A stretch of DNA of 60,438 nucleotides, taken from NCBI GenBank assembly GCA_002269645.1, contig NIVC01001254.1, positions 1 through 60,438 of the forward strand, written 5' to 3'. How positions within the stretch are numbered: the first letter of the stretch is position 1; every line of letters starts with the position of its first letter. The notes below the pieces were generated by a model. It did no database searches. It saw nothing but the letters and a program-made list of their open reading frames with translations, and had not been told where the DNA came from. Origin of the DNA: Macrostomum lignano. Lineage: Eukaryota. Of this stretch, positions 47,731 to 59,269 are shown piece after piece. The position numbers and the translations under genes are program-made.

Positions 47731-49233
47731 GATTACGATAAGTTGCGAGTAAAGTTCGAACGAAAAATCCAAAAGAGAAAAAAAATAACTATTTTATGCC
47801 AGTATATCAAAGCATATATAACCGTAATTACAATAGCAGTATTTTTGAAAGCACTTATTTTTGAATAAATAACTGAAAAGCGGATTTATTACACTGCTAA
47901 TGTATCTGATTCAGTTTGTTTAACTGTTTTAGCTATTCATGACTTCATATATTTTAGCTACACCAGTGAGTTCTTTTCTGACTCTTTTTTCATTTGTAGC
48001 ATATCCTATCTTGTGTATTTGATTGCCATAATTAAGAGGTATTGACAAAAGTATTTTTTCCTGATCTCTTCAGTTTGTGGACATTCGGTCAAGTAGTGTA
48101 GAATGTCAGAACCATTTCGCGCTCCACACATTTTACATGGTTCTTGAGAAAAAAAGTTGGGTGTAATCTCGCATTTCAGTTTTAGGAAGGTTCAGTTTTA
48201 GGAATTTCACATGAATAATTACGAAATTTTTCAAATTTGAGCGTAAAATCTCTACACACTTAAACAAATCCGACTGCGCAATAGCAATTTGAGATTCATA
48301 AGCGGGTTTCAGTGCTAAAATAATCCTACAGAGTTGCTAATACCGATAAAAAATTATTCAACAGTGAAAAACGAAGTAGTAACAATCCGAAAGCGAAAGA
48401 AGGCGCTATTTTAGTATCCTACTAATTTTACTTTTTGTCTTTTTTAGTACCTTCTTAGTTTGCCTTTTTCAAGTAAAGTAAGTAAAATAAATGTGGAGCT
48501 ACGTTGTTTTCGGAAAACTAAGTTAGTTAGAAGTCTAGATACTTATTGCAGATACAGCTTGAATTATATATAAACCCATATTCATAGCCCATGGCCATAG
48601 CCATGCAGTCATGTCAATTGTCATATATAGTTATATAGTTTATCTAGGCTAGGCACAAGATATAAAATATTTTTTTGTGCTCAGTTAGCCGATTTTTTAT
48701 ACATTATTTACTAAAGTTAGGAAATCTGGCAGTTCCAAAAGTGCAATTAGTTAAGCAATTGATGGCTTTAATTCATCTATTTACTTGTATTGATTAATTT
48801 GTTTGCTAACTAAATTTTAATTAAGCTCATTGAGTCATGGTTTAAATTTAAGTTTTTCCTTTTAAAATCCACATTTTTTCCATGCAATGGATAAATTCAT
48901 ATTGGGCAGGTTTTTCATTATCAGTATTAATTATGATTGAAAAAAAAACTTTTTTCTATCAACTCAAATTTTGTTTTTAATGTTTGAAAATATGCAAATA
49001 AAAAAAGTTAATTTTAATAAAAAAATTTTCTAGGTCTAAATGATATTTTTAAATCAAGAATTAAATCAATTAAATCAAGAATTAAATCAATTATTTTTTG
49101 TTAAAGTTTCAATTTTGTGCTTTTTTCTTATCCTAGTTTTTATATTTTTATTAAACAACAATAATTGTTAAAATATTTACTTTTAATATATTCATTTTTA
49201 TCATGCTAATCCAATTGATATGTTGGCTTAAAT

Positions 49234-49432
49234 CAGTGGTTCTCAACCTGTGAGTTGCAACCTCCAATGGGGTTACGTGACCATTTTCTAGGGGTTGCAG
49301 CACTAAAAAATGTATGAGTACACCATACTTAATGATGCATTATATCATTTATAAAAGGGGTTGCAAACATAATAAATAATGCAAATGAATAACTCAGCTC
49401 AGGGTCGCCTAAAAAAAGGTTCAGAACCGCTA
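49234..49432. mobile_element. hAT/Charlie-type MITE
   Basis: CAGTGGTTCTCAACCT...AGGTTCAGAACCGCTA termini; flanks GCTTAAAT / GCTTTAAT (8-bp TSD, 1 mismatch). Confidence 0.8.
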
Positions 49433-49749
49433 GCTTTAATAAAAAAATATTTATAACTTAATGGTTAGGTATAGATTCTGGATGACTACACTATTGAAAA
49501 AAGGAAAGATGAAAGAAAAGAAAAGGGAAAAAGAAAGAAAGAAGAGACAAGAGTGAGGGGAAATAAAAAAGAAAGATTTGGAAAGGCTCTGTAGGCCAAA
49601 AATTTTGCTAATTCTTGTGTTAAGCCAAAAATAAGTACCTGACAAGGCATTGTTTAAATAAAAGCTAGACTAGGTCTATCTGTATCAATTTTTTTCTTCA
49701 AACCTATTTCAGTGCATCCTATGGATCTGCTGAGTAACCAAAGTTTGTA

Positions 49750-52700
49750 ATGGACAATGCAAATTCCTTCCTAACAACTGGAGCTGTCACTGAGGGTGCA
49801 CTGATAGATTCGCAAGATTCATTTGTGAAGTGTCCACTAAATACAAAATTTTCAAGTTCAGACATGGAAAAAAGCACTCTAGAGGCAGACCAAAGAGTTG
49901 ATGACTTAAAAAATCGTCAAGATAGCGAATGTTCTCAAAACTTGCCTGTTGAAATTCACCATGGCTCTCAAAGTGCTCAGGCTATTGGAGTTCATCAGAG
50001 TAACACATACTCAGAGTCAAGTGAAATGCATAACCAGGATCGTGCTAGTGCAGAAGATCAACCAGCGATTGATACTAATTTGAAGGGTCAGGAATCAACT
50101 GCAAATGCACCAACTGAAAAATTGCAAGAATCCAATGAAGCATTCACTCAGCAAACTGCATTTAGCAATTCTATTGAAAATTCATCGTCTAATGGTGATT
50201 GTGAAGTAGATCAAGCTTCTGCTCCACTTGAGGATGATCAGCGTGATGCAGCACAGCAGTTGCAAGTAAATAAGTGTACTGATGCTCAGCCTGCCTCAAG
50301 TGCAAGTACTCAAGTTGCAGATGAAGGAGTATCACCACATCCGGTAACAGATGGTTTGTGCACTGTTGAACAATTAGCATCTGCAATCGGCGATGCCACC
50401 GGAGAGCAGGCTGGAGTATTGGCTTCGAATAATGAAACTAAGCTGATGACGGATGACGAAGATGATGATAACGATCTTGGCTCAAATAAGAACAAATCTT
50501 TCATGTCTTTTCATGACGAAAAAGTTGGTGAACCTGAAACTGCTAAGCCAGGCCCAGATTCAGCTGAGTGTGCAGAGTCCAGCAGCAATGAAAAAGTTGG
50601 TGAACCTGAAACTGCTAAGCCAGGCCCAGATTCAGCTAAGTGTGCAGAGTCCAGCAGCAATGAAAAAGTTGGTGAACCTGAAACTGCTAAGCCAGGCCCA
50701 GATTCAGCTGAGTGTACAGAGTCCAGCAGCAATGAAAAAGTTGGTGAACCTGAAACTGCTAAGCCAGGCCCAGATTCAGCTGAGTGTGCAGGGTCCAGCA
50801 GCAATGAAAAAGTTGGTGAACCTGAAACTGCTAAGCCAGGCCCAGATTCAGCTGAGTGTACAGAGTCCAGCAGCAATGAAAAAGTTGGTGAACTTGAAAC
50901 TGCTATGCCAGGCCTGGGTTCAGCTGAATGTGCAGAGTCCAGCAGCAACAAAAAAGCTGAAGCTCCTCAGTCAAAAATGGCCCCCGGTGACAAGGAAAAA
51001 CAGGCCGACGAAAATGCCAACGAGGATTTGGATCTAGGAGTCGGAGCTGACTTGGAATTGTTGAAAAAGGTGTCAACTGTCCCAGGGCACATGTTGAAAC
51101 GAGCGTCTCATAATCACACCGTTATGTTTGACATCAGCAAGCTTAGCAATGTCGATTTTACCGAGTGCCCCCTTCCGCCCTACAACAAATCTTGGCAACG
51201 ACGCATGGATGCAGATGACTATGTTCGCCTAGCCTACCATACTAACAGATGGAGTGAAATTAGGAAAAACCTATTGTCATTATGCAGTGCTAATGTTACT
51301 TACTATCACTTGGAAGAAGTAATTATGCTCTGTGGCAGTTTAGATCGCGACGTTAATCAATTTGACGTGCTTCGGCATTTTTTTACCCAAGAAATGGAGC
51401 CAGCAGAAGCTGATCACTTGCTCAAAAATCTGTTGCCTAGAATTGTAAATCTTGCAGTCTCCCTGCCAGATCTAATCAAAGCGCCCATTCCTCTGCTGAA
51501 ACACAGGAAAGTAATGAAGCTGAGTCTGTCCCAGCAGCAGATTGCTAGTCTTCTTGCGAATGCATTCTTCTGCACCTTTCCACAGCAAGGCGGACCTTAT
51601 AGCAGGTTTCCAAGCATCAACTTTCACAGGTAAAAACTGCGAATTCTGAAGTATTGATTGATTTCTACCTATACCCTGATCAATTAGCTCTTAGTTTGAG
51701 CTTTATTATACGTTTCTCGTAGTATGTTTTTTTTGAAAACTTGTTTCTTTTCAGTCTGTATTCGTCAGGAGGGCATCAGAGCCCGTGCGGCAGACGGTTG
51801 GAGAAGTTGCGCTGTATCTTTAACTACTTTAACAGAATCACTAAAAAAGGTAAAATGTTAAAGCAAATCAATTAGTAAATGAACCTGAAAATTGAAAGTA
51901 ACACCTATTTAATGCATTGCAGAGCCAAATGGTGTGGTAACCATTAGTCGCAGGTGTCTGAAACAAAACTTAGACTGGTGCTCTCGCGTTGAGCCTATTC
52001 CAAAACTACTTCACGTTAGCAGCATCGGCACCATTGAAGACACAGACGGTGAATTTCTGGAGGCAGATTTCGCAAACAAGTACATCGGAGGCGGAGTTCT
52101 CGGTCACGGCTTCGTGCAGGAAGAGATTCGCTTCTCCATTTGTCCGGAACTCATCGTGACCCGCTTGGTTGCCGAATGCATGGACGATCGGGAGGCTCTG
52201 CACGTGAAAGGATTCGAGAGGTTCAGCAATTACACCGGGTACGCCAATAGTTGCCAGTGGGACGGCGACCACCAAGACGCCAGGTCGATCGGACTGGACA
52301 GGCGCCGCCGGTCTCACTTGGTTGCTATGGACGCGTTGAAATTCAGCAACTGGCGAGAGCAGTTCTGCCGCAACAACATCAACAGGGAGTTGCACAAGGC
52401 TCTGGTGGCATTCGGTGACGTCCCAAGAAATCAGCGTTCTGCCATTGCCACTGGCAACTGGGGCTGTGGCGCCTTCAAAGGCGATGTGAGGCTGAAGTTT
52501 CTCATCCAGTTGATGGCCTGCGCCGTTGCTGGCCGAAGCATGGCTTACTTCACTTTCGGTGACAAAACTCTTCAGCAGCGCCTGCTAAAAATGCACCGCT
52601 TTCTCACTGATAAAGAAGTTTGCGTTGGTGGCGTGTACAGCGCCGTGATTGCTTTCACTGAGCATCTGGACTCCAGTTGTCACGGTGGTTGGCAATATAA

Positions 52701-53435
52701 TTCAGATTCTGCACCGGACTTGTTCGAATTTTTGCGTAATTATGTGCTTCACGGGCCCACTGTTCCACCTCCAACTGAGCCTTCGATAAGCAAAAAAGAT
52801 ATTCGTAAAGCTTCGAAAAGAGCAAATGCCAACAAAAAGAAGCAAGAGCGTCAGCAGAATTCGTCGGATGTCCAAGAGTCGAAGCCAGAAAAATCGCAGC
52901 CGGAAGAGTCGAAGCCAAACAATGAACTGAGCGACCAGTCGGGGCAAGTACAGGTAGCAAACGCCGAATCAGAGAAGCAGGCAACAGCAGCAGATCTAAG
53001 CGATGCAAATTCTGGTGCCCAGGCGCAAGAGACGCGCTCATCGGACGGTGAATGGAAGCAGCAGAAAAGGAAGAATAAGCCCAACAAAAGCGGTCTCAAG
53101 TCGAGTCAAAAGTCGAAGTCTGCGACCGAGGAGCAGCTGAGCAGCAAGATGAGCAATATGAGTCTTTCGTCGACGACGCCACAGACCAACCGTAGGTTTG
53201 CATTTGCTGTCCGAATCCGATTTTTGCTGTCTGAACCCGATTTCATTGTCGATTAAAACTTTTAATTTTTACAGGTGGAGAAAACAGACGTAAACGGTGC
53301 AGTGAGTCGAGCAGATCGGCCGGAGCCGGGCTGGGCGCCACCCCGCGGGGCTGCGCAGAGCAGCTTCCGGAGCCCAGTAAGAAAAAATTAAGGAAGGACA
53401 AGCGGAGAAAGCAAAATACCAAATCAAATAAGTGA
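49750..53435 (+). CDS. PARG: Poly(ADP-ribose) glycohydrolase paralog 1, 4 exons, about 1134 aa
   Basis: Exons 49750-51629, 51755-51849, 51923-53191, 53275-53435 (3405 nt). Motifs ASLLANAFFCTFP, PSINF, EKLRCIFNYF, EADFANKYIGGGVLGHGFVQEEIRF, YTGY, ATGNWGCGAFKGD. Confidence 0.93.
50518..50949 (+). repeat. Coding 72-bp (24-aa) tandem repeat x6 in the PARG1 N-terminus
   Basis: EKVGEPETAKPGPDSAECAESSSN unit, in frame within exon 1. Confidence 0.95.
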
Positions 53436-53791
53436 TTATGAGTGTTCTGCGCATCTAGAATTACTGTTTTTAACGTTTTATTTAAAGTATTAATAGCTAC
53501 CTTCCTTAATCTGGTTTTAAACCTAAATTTAACAAATTTTGAATCGCAAAAAAACTTCGAAAACTACAGGAGGGGGTTTCACAACCTCGAAAGCACATTC
53601 CTTCACAAGGTCGAAACTTCACAACGTCGAAACTTCACAATGTCGAAGACTACTGTGTGGTTCTTGTTATAGCTCTATTGAGTCGACGTAGTGAAATTTC
53701 GAGCTTGTGCAAGCACCCCCCAGAAGCTGCTGCCTTTTTATTACTTAGGTTAGGCAATGCAGCCTATAAAACGAGGTTGTTGACGATGACA

Positions 53792-54072
53792 TTCATTGTC
53801 GATTAAAACTTTTAATTTTTACAGGTGGAGAAAACAGACGTAAACGGTGCAGTGAGTCGAGCAGATCGGCCGGAGCCGGGCCGGGCGCCACCCCGCGGGG
53901 CTGCGCAGAGCAGCTTCCGGAGCCCAGTAAAAAAAATTAAGGAAGGACAAGCGGAAAAAGCAAAACAAGAACAAAAAGTGATTATCAGTGTTCTGCGCAT
54001 CTAGAATTGTGGTTTCAACGTTTTATTTAAAGTATTAGTAGCTACCTTCCTAAATCTGGCTTTAAACCTAAT
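53792..54072 (+). other. Tandem duplicate of the PARG1 terminal exon with its splice acceptor and 3' flank
   Basis: Near-identical to 53242-53526 (offset 550 bp). Retains TTTACAG acceptor at 53824. Has 8 A where copy 1 has AAGAAAAAA, giving ...EPSKKN*. Confidence 0.9.
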
Positions 54073-54447
54073 GGCCTTCTAAATATAAGAGAGTCTGAAT
54101 CGGAAAGCCTGAAAATATACGCGGTGAATCTATAGGTGTTCTTTGTTTAAATTAAAAAAAAGTAGCTCAGAGGCCTGCTGCCCATAGATCTTATATTCCA
54201 TAGATAGGCCACTTTGTATTGCGGCAATAAGGAAAGTGCGACCGCTGGTTTTCGTCACTTTTGCAAGAAAAGCCGATATGGGTTGCTACTAAAGCTACTG
54301 AAATTTTTTGTTTAGTAGCTAGGAGACATAGACGCTATTTTTTAGACTTCGATAGAACTTCTCATTGTGTCATGCTGTACGCTCATTATTCCACGCTTAG
54401 GAATCATTATTTTAGGCTTCTAAAAATACATTCATGAGACAATGTGT

Positions 54448-54551
54448 TTGTGTATATGGTTTTGTCATAGACAATGATAAATTTTAGTCACTCGTGGCTT
54501 CGCCACTCGTGAAAAATTTATCATTGTCTACCTCCAAAACCATATACACAA
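54448..54551. repeat. About 104-bp imperfect inverted repeat (long hairpin)
   Basis: Arms TTGTGTATATGGTTTTG..TAGACAATGATAAATTTT and AAAATTTATCATTGTCTA..CAAAACCATATACACAA; centre CACTCGTG-GCTTCGC-CACTCGTG. Confidence 0.9.
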
Positions 54552-55049
54552 TCTATCATTAAGTAAGGGTATAGATATGTTCAAGCAGTAGTAGCACTGC
54601 AGAGATTACTGATGAAATTGAGTTCAGTAAATGATTTTCGTAGAACATCCAGAGGATAGCCCAGGGAGTTCTTGTAGCTTGCAAACTTCTCTCCATGCTG
54701 CAGCATTTGATGCTACAGATTTGATGCTCTGGCGCTCGCCAGACAATCGTTGTCACGCACTGGGACCGCTGATTATTTATCCATTGTTTCATGAATGTAT
54801 TTTGAAATCTATAAAACAAGGTTGTTGAAGATGACATAGAAAGTTTGACTTTTACCTTTATTTTGCCACAGTTAATCGGTTTTTAAAGCTATTTATCGTT
54901 TCAACAATAGGTTATCCAAATAATCTGGTAGACTTTCAGTCTAAAGATGTCTAAACTTTTCTGACACGGTCATAAAATAAGTCAGACGATAAAAATTGTA
55001 TTTGTCTGTTCGAACTCCTTGTTCAAAGAGGTTCTGTATAATTTGGTCT

Positions 55050-55140
55050 TAATAATAATTATAATAATTATAATTATAATAACAATAATAATGTCACGCC
55101 CAGCGCTGACCACACAAGTGGCCTAAGGGGAGGGGGGGCG
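55050..55140 (-). mobile_element. Probable 5'-truncated non-LTR retrotransposon 3' end with (ATT)n-like tail
   Basis: - strand ...TTAGGCCACTTGTGTGGTCAGCGCTGGGCGTGAC followed by ATTATTATTGTTATTATAATT... Confidence 0.45.
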
Positions 55141-55406
55141 TCAAATATATATGAAAAACAGACAAACATCGCGCCAGTTTTAAATTAGTAGATAAATAGG
55201 TTTAAAATAAATTTGTTACACGCTCCTATTGATTTTCAAAAGGTAGCGTGTCATTGATAAAGAAAAATAGTTGCTTGCGTTTTTACGTTATTTTTATTAG
55301 GTTTTTGACGTAGGGATATAGAAGTGTTAAAAGAAACAATTATACTATTTTAGACTTTTGGATGTCTCTAGGATCAATAAGAACAAAATTGTGTCGATCT
55401 TTAAAC

Positions 55407-55675
55407 CAAGGACGACTCAAGTACGAGTAGAAGGACAATTTCTTGGAAAATTTTAGTAGCAAAAATTGATATTGCTTTCGATAGGAGGCAGATCCAATGT
55501 TCTTCTTTTGATTTGCTGCTGTGCCTTTCTTATGGCTCTATTGATATTCACAAAGTTTTTCGTTCAGAAAATTAGGATTCTTCACATCTCCGTAGTGTAT
55601 TTTTTGCGAAAAAACCGGCCCCCTAAAATTTTGCAATAAACGAGGTTACCCGTCCTTTTACTTGAGACGTCCTTG
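55407..55675. mobile_element. MITE with CAAGGAC TIRs and perfect 8-bp TSD CTTTAAAC
   Basis: CAAGGACGACTCAAGTA ... TACTTGAGACGTCCTTG; CTTTAAAC on both flanks; internal sequence shared with 46195-46382. Confidence 0.85.
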
Positions 55676-55907
55676 CTTTAAACTTGTTTATTTTGCTTGT
55701 ATTGAGAGTTTAGATTCTATATATTCAGATTTTCTGCTTAACTGTCACATGCGAAAGAAATGTTCTTATTTTAACTTTCGCATCAAATATTAATGCTGCA
55801 ACGATTCCGTTTCTGCATGCAGTAACCGAACTAAGGTTTTGCGATTTCTGTCAACTAAATATTTTGTTATTTCATCTTCCGCTGCAAAAAGCGGTTATTT
55901 TATCTCA

Positions 55908-58687
55908 ATGGGCAGCTCAAGCAGCCAGCTGAAGCGTTCCAGTTCGATGTCTTCACGTCACAAATCCCGAACGTCAGTTTCTAGAAAGTCATCATTGAAT
56001 AATCGGCAGATGTCACTCACGTCCGCCGCCAGACCTGCACAAGCAGCCGCGTCTCGTCGGCCGCCTCCAAACGCCTGTTGGTCCGGCGACGCTCTCGACT
56101 CTTTGCCGAAACAAAAAGTCGCAGATACGACACAGGAACTACGTCATGTGATCGAAGAATTTCGGTCTAACTGGACTCTATTCAACGCTAATATGCTAGA
56201 AGACCCCAATTCGGCTGGCAAACTTCTTCTACGCTTTGTCAAGCCGTCAAGGAAGAATCTGGGGCCAAGGCTTTTAGATTTGCCTCATGCAGATGCCAAA
56301 CGATGGAAGCACATAAAAGCCAATCTAAATAGACTTCGCTCGAATGTCACGTACAAGGATATTGAGCTTGCCATACACTCCTTCGGCAATCTAGACCACT
56401 TTCACCGACCAAAGTTGGATGTGCTGCATCATTTACTTAATAACCATTGGCCTCGGGAGAAAGTAGAAAGATTCTACCGGCATATTCTACCTGGAATGAT
56501 ACGTCTGGCACTCTCTCTGCCGGAACTTTTACCTGAGCAGATTCCGTTGTTAAGCCGCGGTCGACAAGCTGGTTGTCGTCCGTTGAGTTTTACTCAGCAG
56601 CAAGTTGCCTGTCTGCTCACTCACGCTTTTTTTTGCACTTTTGTGTTCCAAGGCGGTCAATATCCGAGTATCAATTTCAATGGGTATGATTTTTAAATTC
56701 TATTTTATGTGCTTTATTTTACTATTTAATTATCAGTCTTCAATATCACCTATTAAATTTAAGAATATTTGTGTCTGGCGAATATCAAAGGCCGTGCACT
56801 CGTCGGATTGAGAAGCTGAAGTGCATCCTGCACTACATGGATCGCGTTGTTACTGACGGTATGCATTGATCCGCAGTATACCATATAGACGCCGTCTTAT
56901 GCCACGGGTGTAATTACATGTAAAATAGCAGTTTTATAGCAGTTTATCGAGCAAAACGTAAACAAAACGGGTGTGTCGTTTTACCAGTTATCCCGATTAA
57001 AAACGACAATGAGCAGAGTACAGGCATAGCAACAAAAACTGTCAATGGAAAGTGTCACCCCGTGTCCGTGTCTGATATTTGAAGGATGGAAGCTCTAAAG
57101 CTAAGCACTTGATATTTCATTGTTTTTGTTACAACTCCAATACTTAATATCGCATTTTCAGCACCGCTAGGAGTGATCACGATCAGCCGGAAATGCCTTC
57201 GACACAGAGTTAATTGGTCGGAAAGAACTGAGCCGATGCCTGACCGATTGCACGTTTCGTCCACTGGGACAATTGAAGACACAGATGGTGGCTTCTTGGA
57301 GGTTGATTTTGCAAACAAATTTCTTGGCGGAGGAGCTCTTGGACACGGATTGGTGCAGGAAGAGATCAGATTTATGATTAGTCCCGAGCTAATAGTGACT
57401 AGACTAGTTACTGAGTGCCTCGATGACAACGAAGCCCTACTAATTGAGGGGTTCGAGAGATTCAGCGACTACTCGGGCTATGCCGACTCTTTCAGGTGGA
57501 TCAGCAACCACAAAGATTCACGACCGGTTGGTGTAGACAGGCGGCGTTTATCGCAGCTGGTTGCCATGGATGCGGTGTGTTTCCGAAGCTGGATTGAGCA
57601 GTTCAGTGTCTATAACATTGAACGAGAGCTTCACAAAGCTTTGGTCGCATTCGGCGATGTAAAAGACAATAAGAGCGGTGCGCAGCAACATGGCGCAGTT
57701 GCCACTGGCAACTGGGGTTGTGGCGCGTTCAAGGGTGATGTCAGGCTGAAATTTCTCATCCAGTTGATGGCATGCTCACTCGCCAGGCGGCCTGTGGCGT
57801 ACTTCACATTCGGGGATCAGCCACTTCAGCAGCGCCTCGTGGAGATGCATCAGTTCCTCATAAATAATAATGTTACAGTGGGTGGCGTCTACAACGCTCT
57901 GCTTGCCTACGTAGCTGAACTAAATGCAGGGTCCCATCGTGCTCGACGCCAAGAAATGACTGCGCAGTCTGCGCCAGACTTATTTCGTTTTGTGCTCAAT
58001 TATGTCCAATCGACGCGTGGTCCTTCTTTTTACGATCCAGCTGCGAATTCCAATGTTCCTTACCCGTCTACCAATGGGAAGCATCCAGAACGCATAGCGG
58101 AAACTGATCAAAGCGGTGAGCGACAGAATTGGCAACAGTCAACGGAGACATCAGGACAGCAGCGGACAGACCCCGGAGAGAATGTCAGCACACATGGTGC
58201 ACCAGCTGGACAAAGCTTTGACCATCAGAATCGGCAACAGCCAACGGAGATGTCACGACAGCAGCGGACGGACCCCGGAGCGAATGTCAGCACACATGGT
58301 GCACCAGCTGAACAAAGCTTTGGGCATCAGAATCGGCAACAGCCAACGGAGATGTCACGACAGCAGCGGACGGACCCCGGAGCGAATGTCAGCACACATG
58401 GTGCACCAGCTGAACAAAGCTTTGGGCATCAGAATCGGCAACAGCCAACGGAGATGGCAGGACAGCAGACTGACCCGAGAGCGAACGTCAGGACACAGGG
58501 TGCACCAGCTGGACAAAGCGTTAGACAACACAATCAGAAAAATAAGAAGGCTAGTAAGTCAAATGGGAAGAAGAGAGGCAATGCGGAGAGTCAATCTGAA
58601 GCATCTGTTGGCTGTTTCGGCAAATCTAAACAAACAAATGTTCGTCGTAGTGTTTCTCCAAAAAACCTGGAAAAGGTAATTGCTTAG
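55908..58687 (+). CDS. PARG: Poly(ADP-ribose) glycohydrolase paralog 2, at least 3 exons, about 798 aa (3' end uncertain)
   Basis: Exons 55908-56683, 56764-56858, 57162-58687 (or donor AAG|GTAATT at 58675). Motifs ACLLTHAFFCTF, PSINF, EKLKCILHY, EVDFANKFLGGGALGHGLVQEEIRF, YSGY, ATGNWGCGAFKGD. Exon 2 is 95 bp as in paralog 1. Confidence 0.92.
58124..58528 (+). repeat. Coding 102-bp (34-aa) tandem repeat x4 in the PARG2 C-terminus
   Basis: QNRQQPTEMSRQQRTDPGANVSTHGAPAEQSFGH unit, in frame. Confidence 0.93.
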
Positions 58688-59102
58688 TTGATTTTTGCAT
58701 TTATTTTTATGGATTAATTTAGTTATCAATGTGATCAATTCTCATTTTTAGCCATCTTTGCCTAAAATATAGATTTTAGCGCTCAGTTAAAGAAGTTTTC
58801 TGTACCATTCAAGAATCTCTTCTCTGTATTGGTTTTTTCCGTCTGTTACCATGTTGATATGGCAAAAACTGTTTTTGCATTAAACTAAAGTATTTTCACA
58901 CCCAGTTAAAGAAAAATTTGCTGCCTAAGACACAGAGTTTTTTACGAGCTAACTGCTGTAACAATTGGTCTGTTCAGAAAGATAAAAAAAAAAGCTCTGC
59001 TTTGAGTGCTCAAGAACGCTAAAAACTATATTAACTCAAGTACAGGTGAACTCAAAGCTCATATATAAATCTAAACATAATCTTAACATTTATGTTTTTT
59101 AG

Positions 59103-59269
59103 ATCGGCCGTCGTCGATTCGAGAATCGGGTAGATCAAATCCAAGCGATCGAAGATCAACAGAGGGGGAAAATGCCAATCTGGTTTCAAGTAATACGAAT
59201 TCTGCAGCCAGGAGAAGAAGGCGTAAGGTTGAAGCAAATAAGAACTCTGCTTATGTTACAGATGTGTAG
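59103..59269 (+). other. Putative additional 3' exon of PARG2
   Basis: GC-richer island flanked by TTTTTTAG acceptor (59102) and C|GTAAGG donor (59223). Open in two frames (IGRRRFENR... or DRPSSIRE...RRRRRK). Confidence 0.35.

Noticed and set aside
59052-59237. Minus-strand 61-aa ORF (…KPDWHFPPLL…)
   Set aside because: Better explained as the antisense of a plus-strand exon-like island with proper acceptor and donor.
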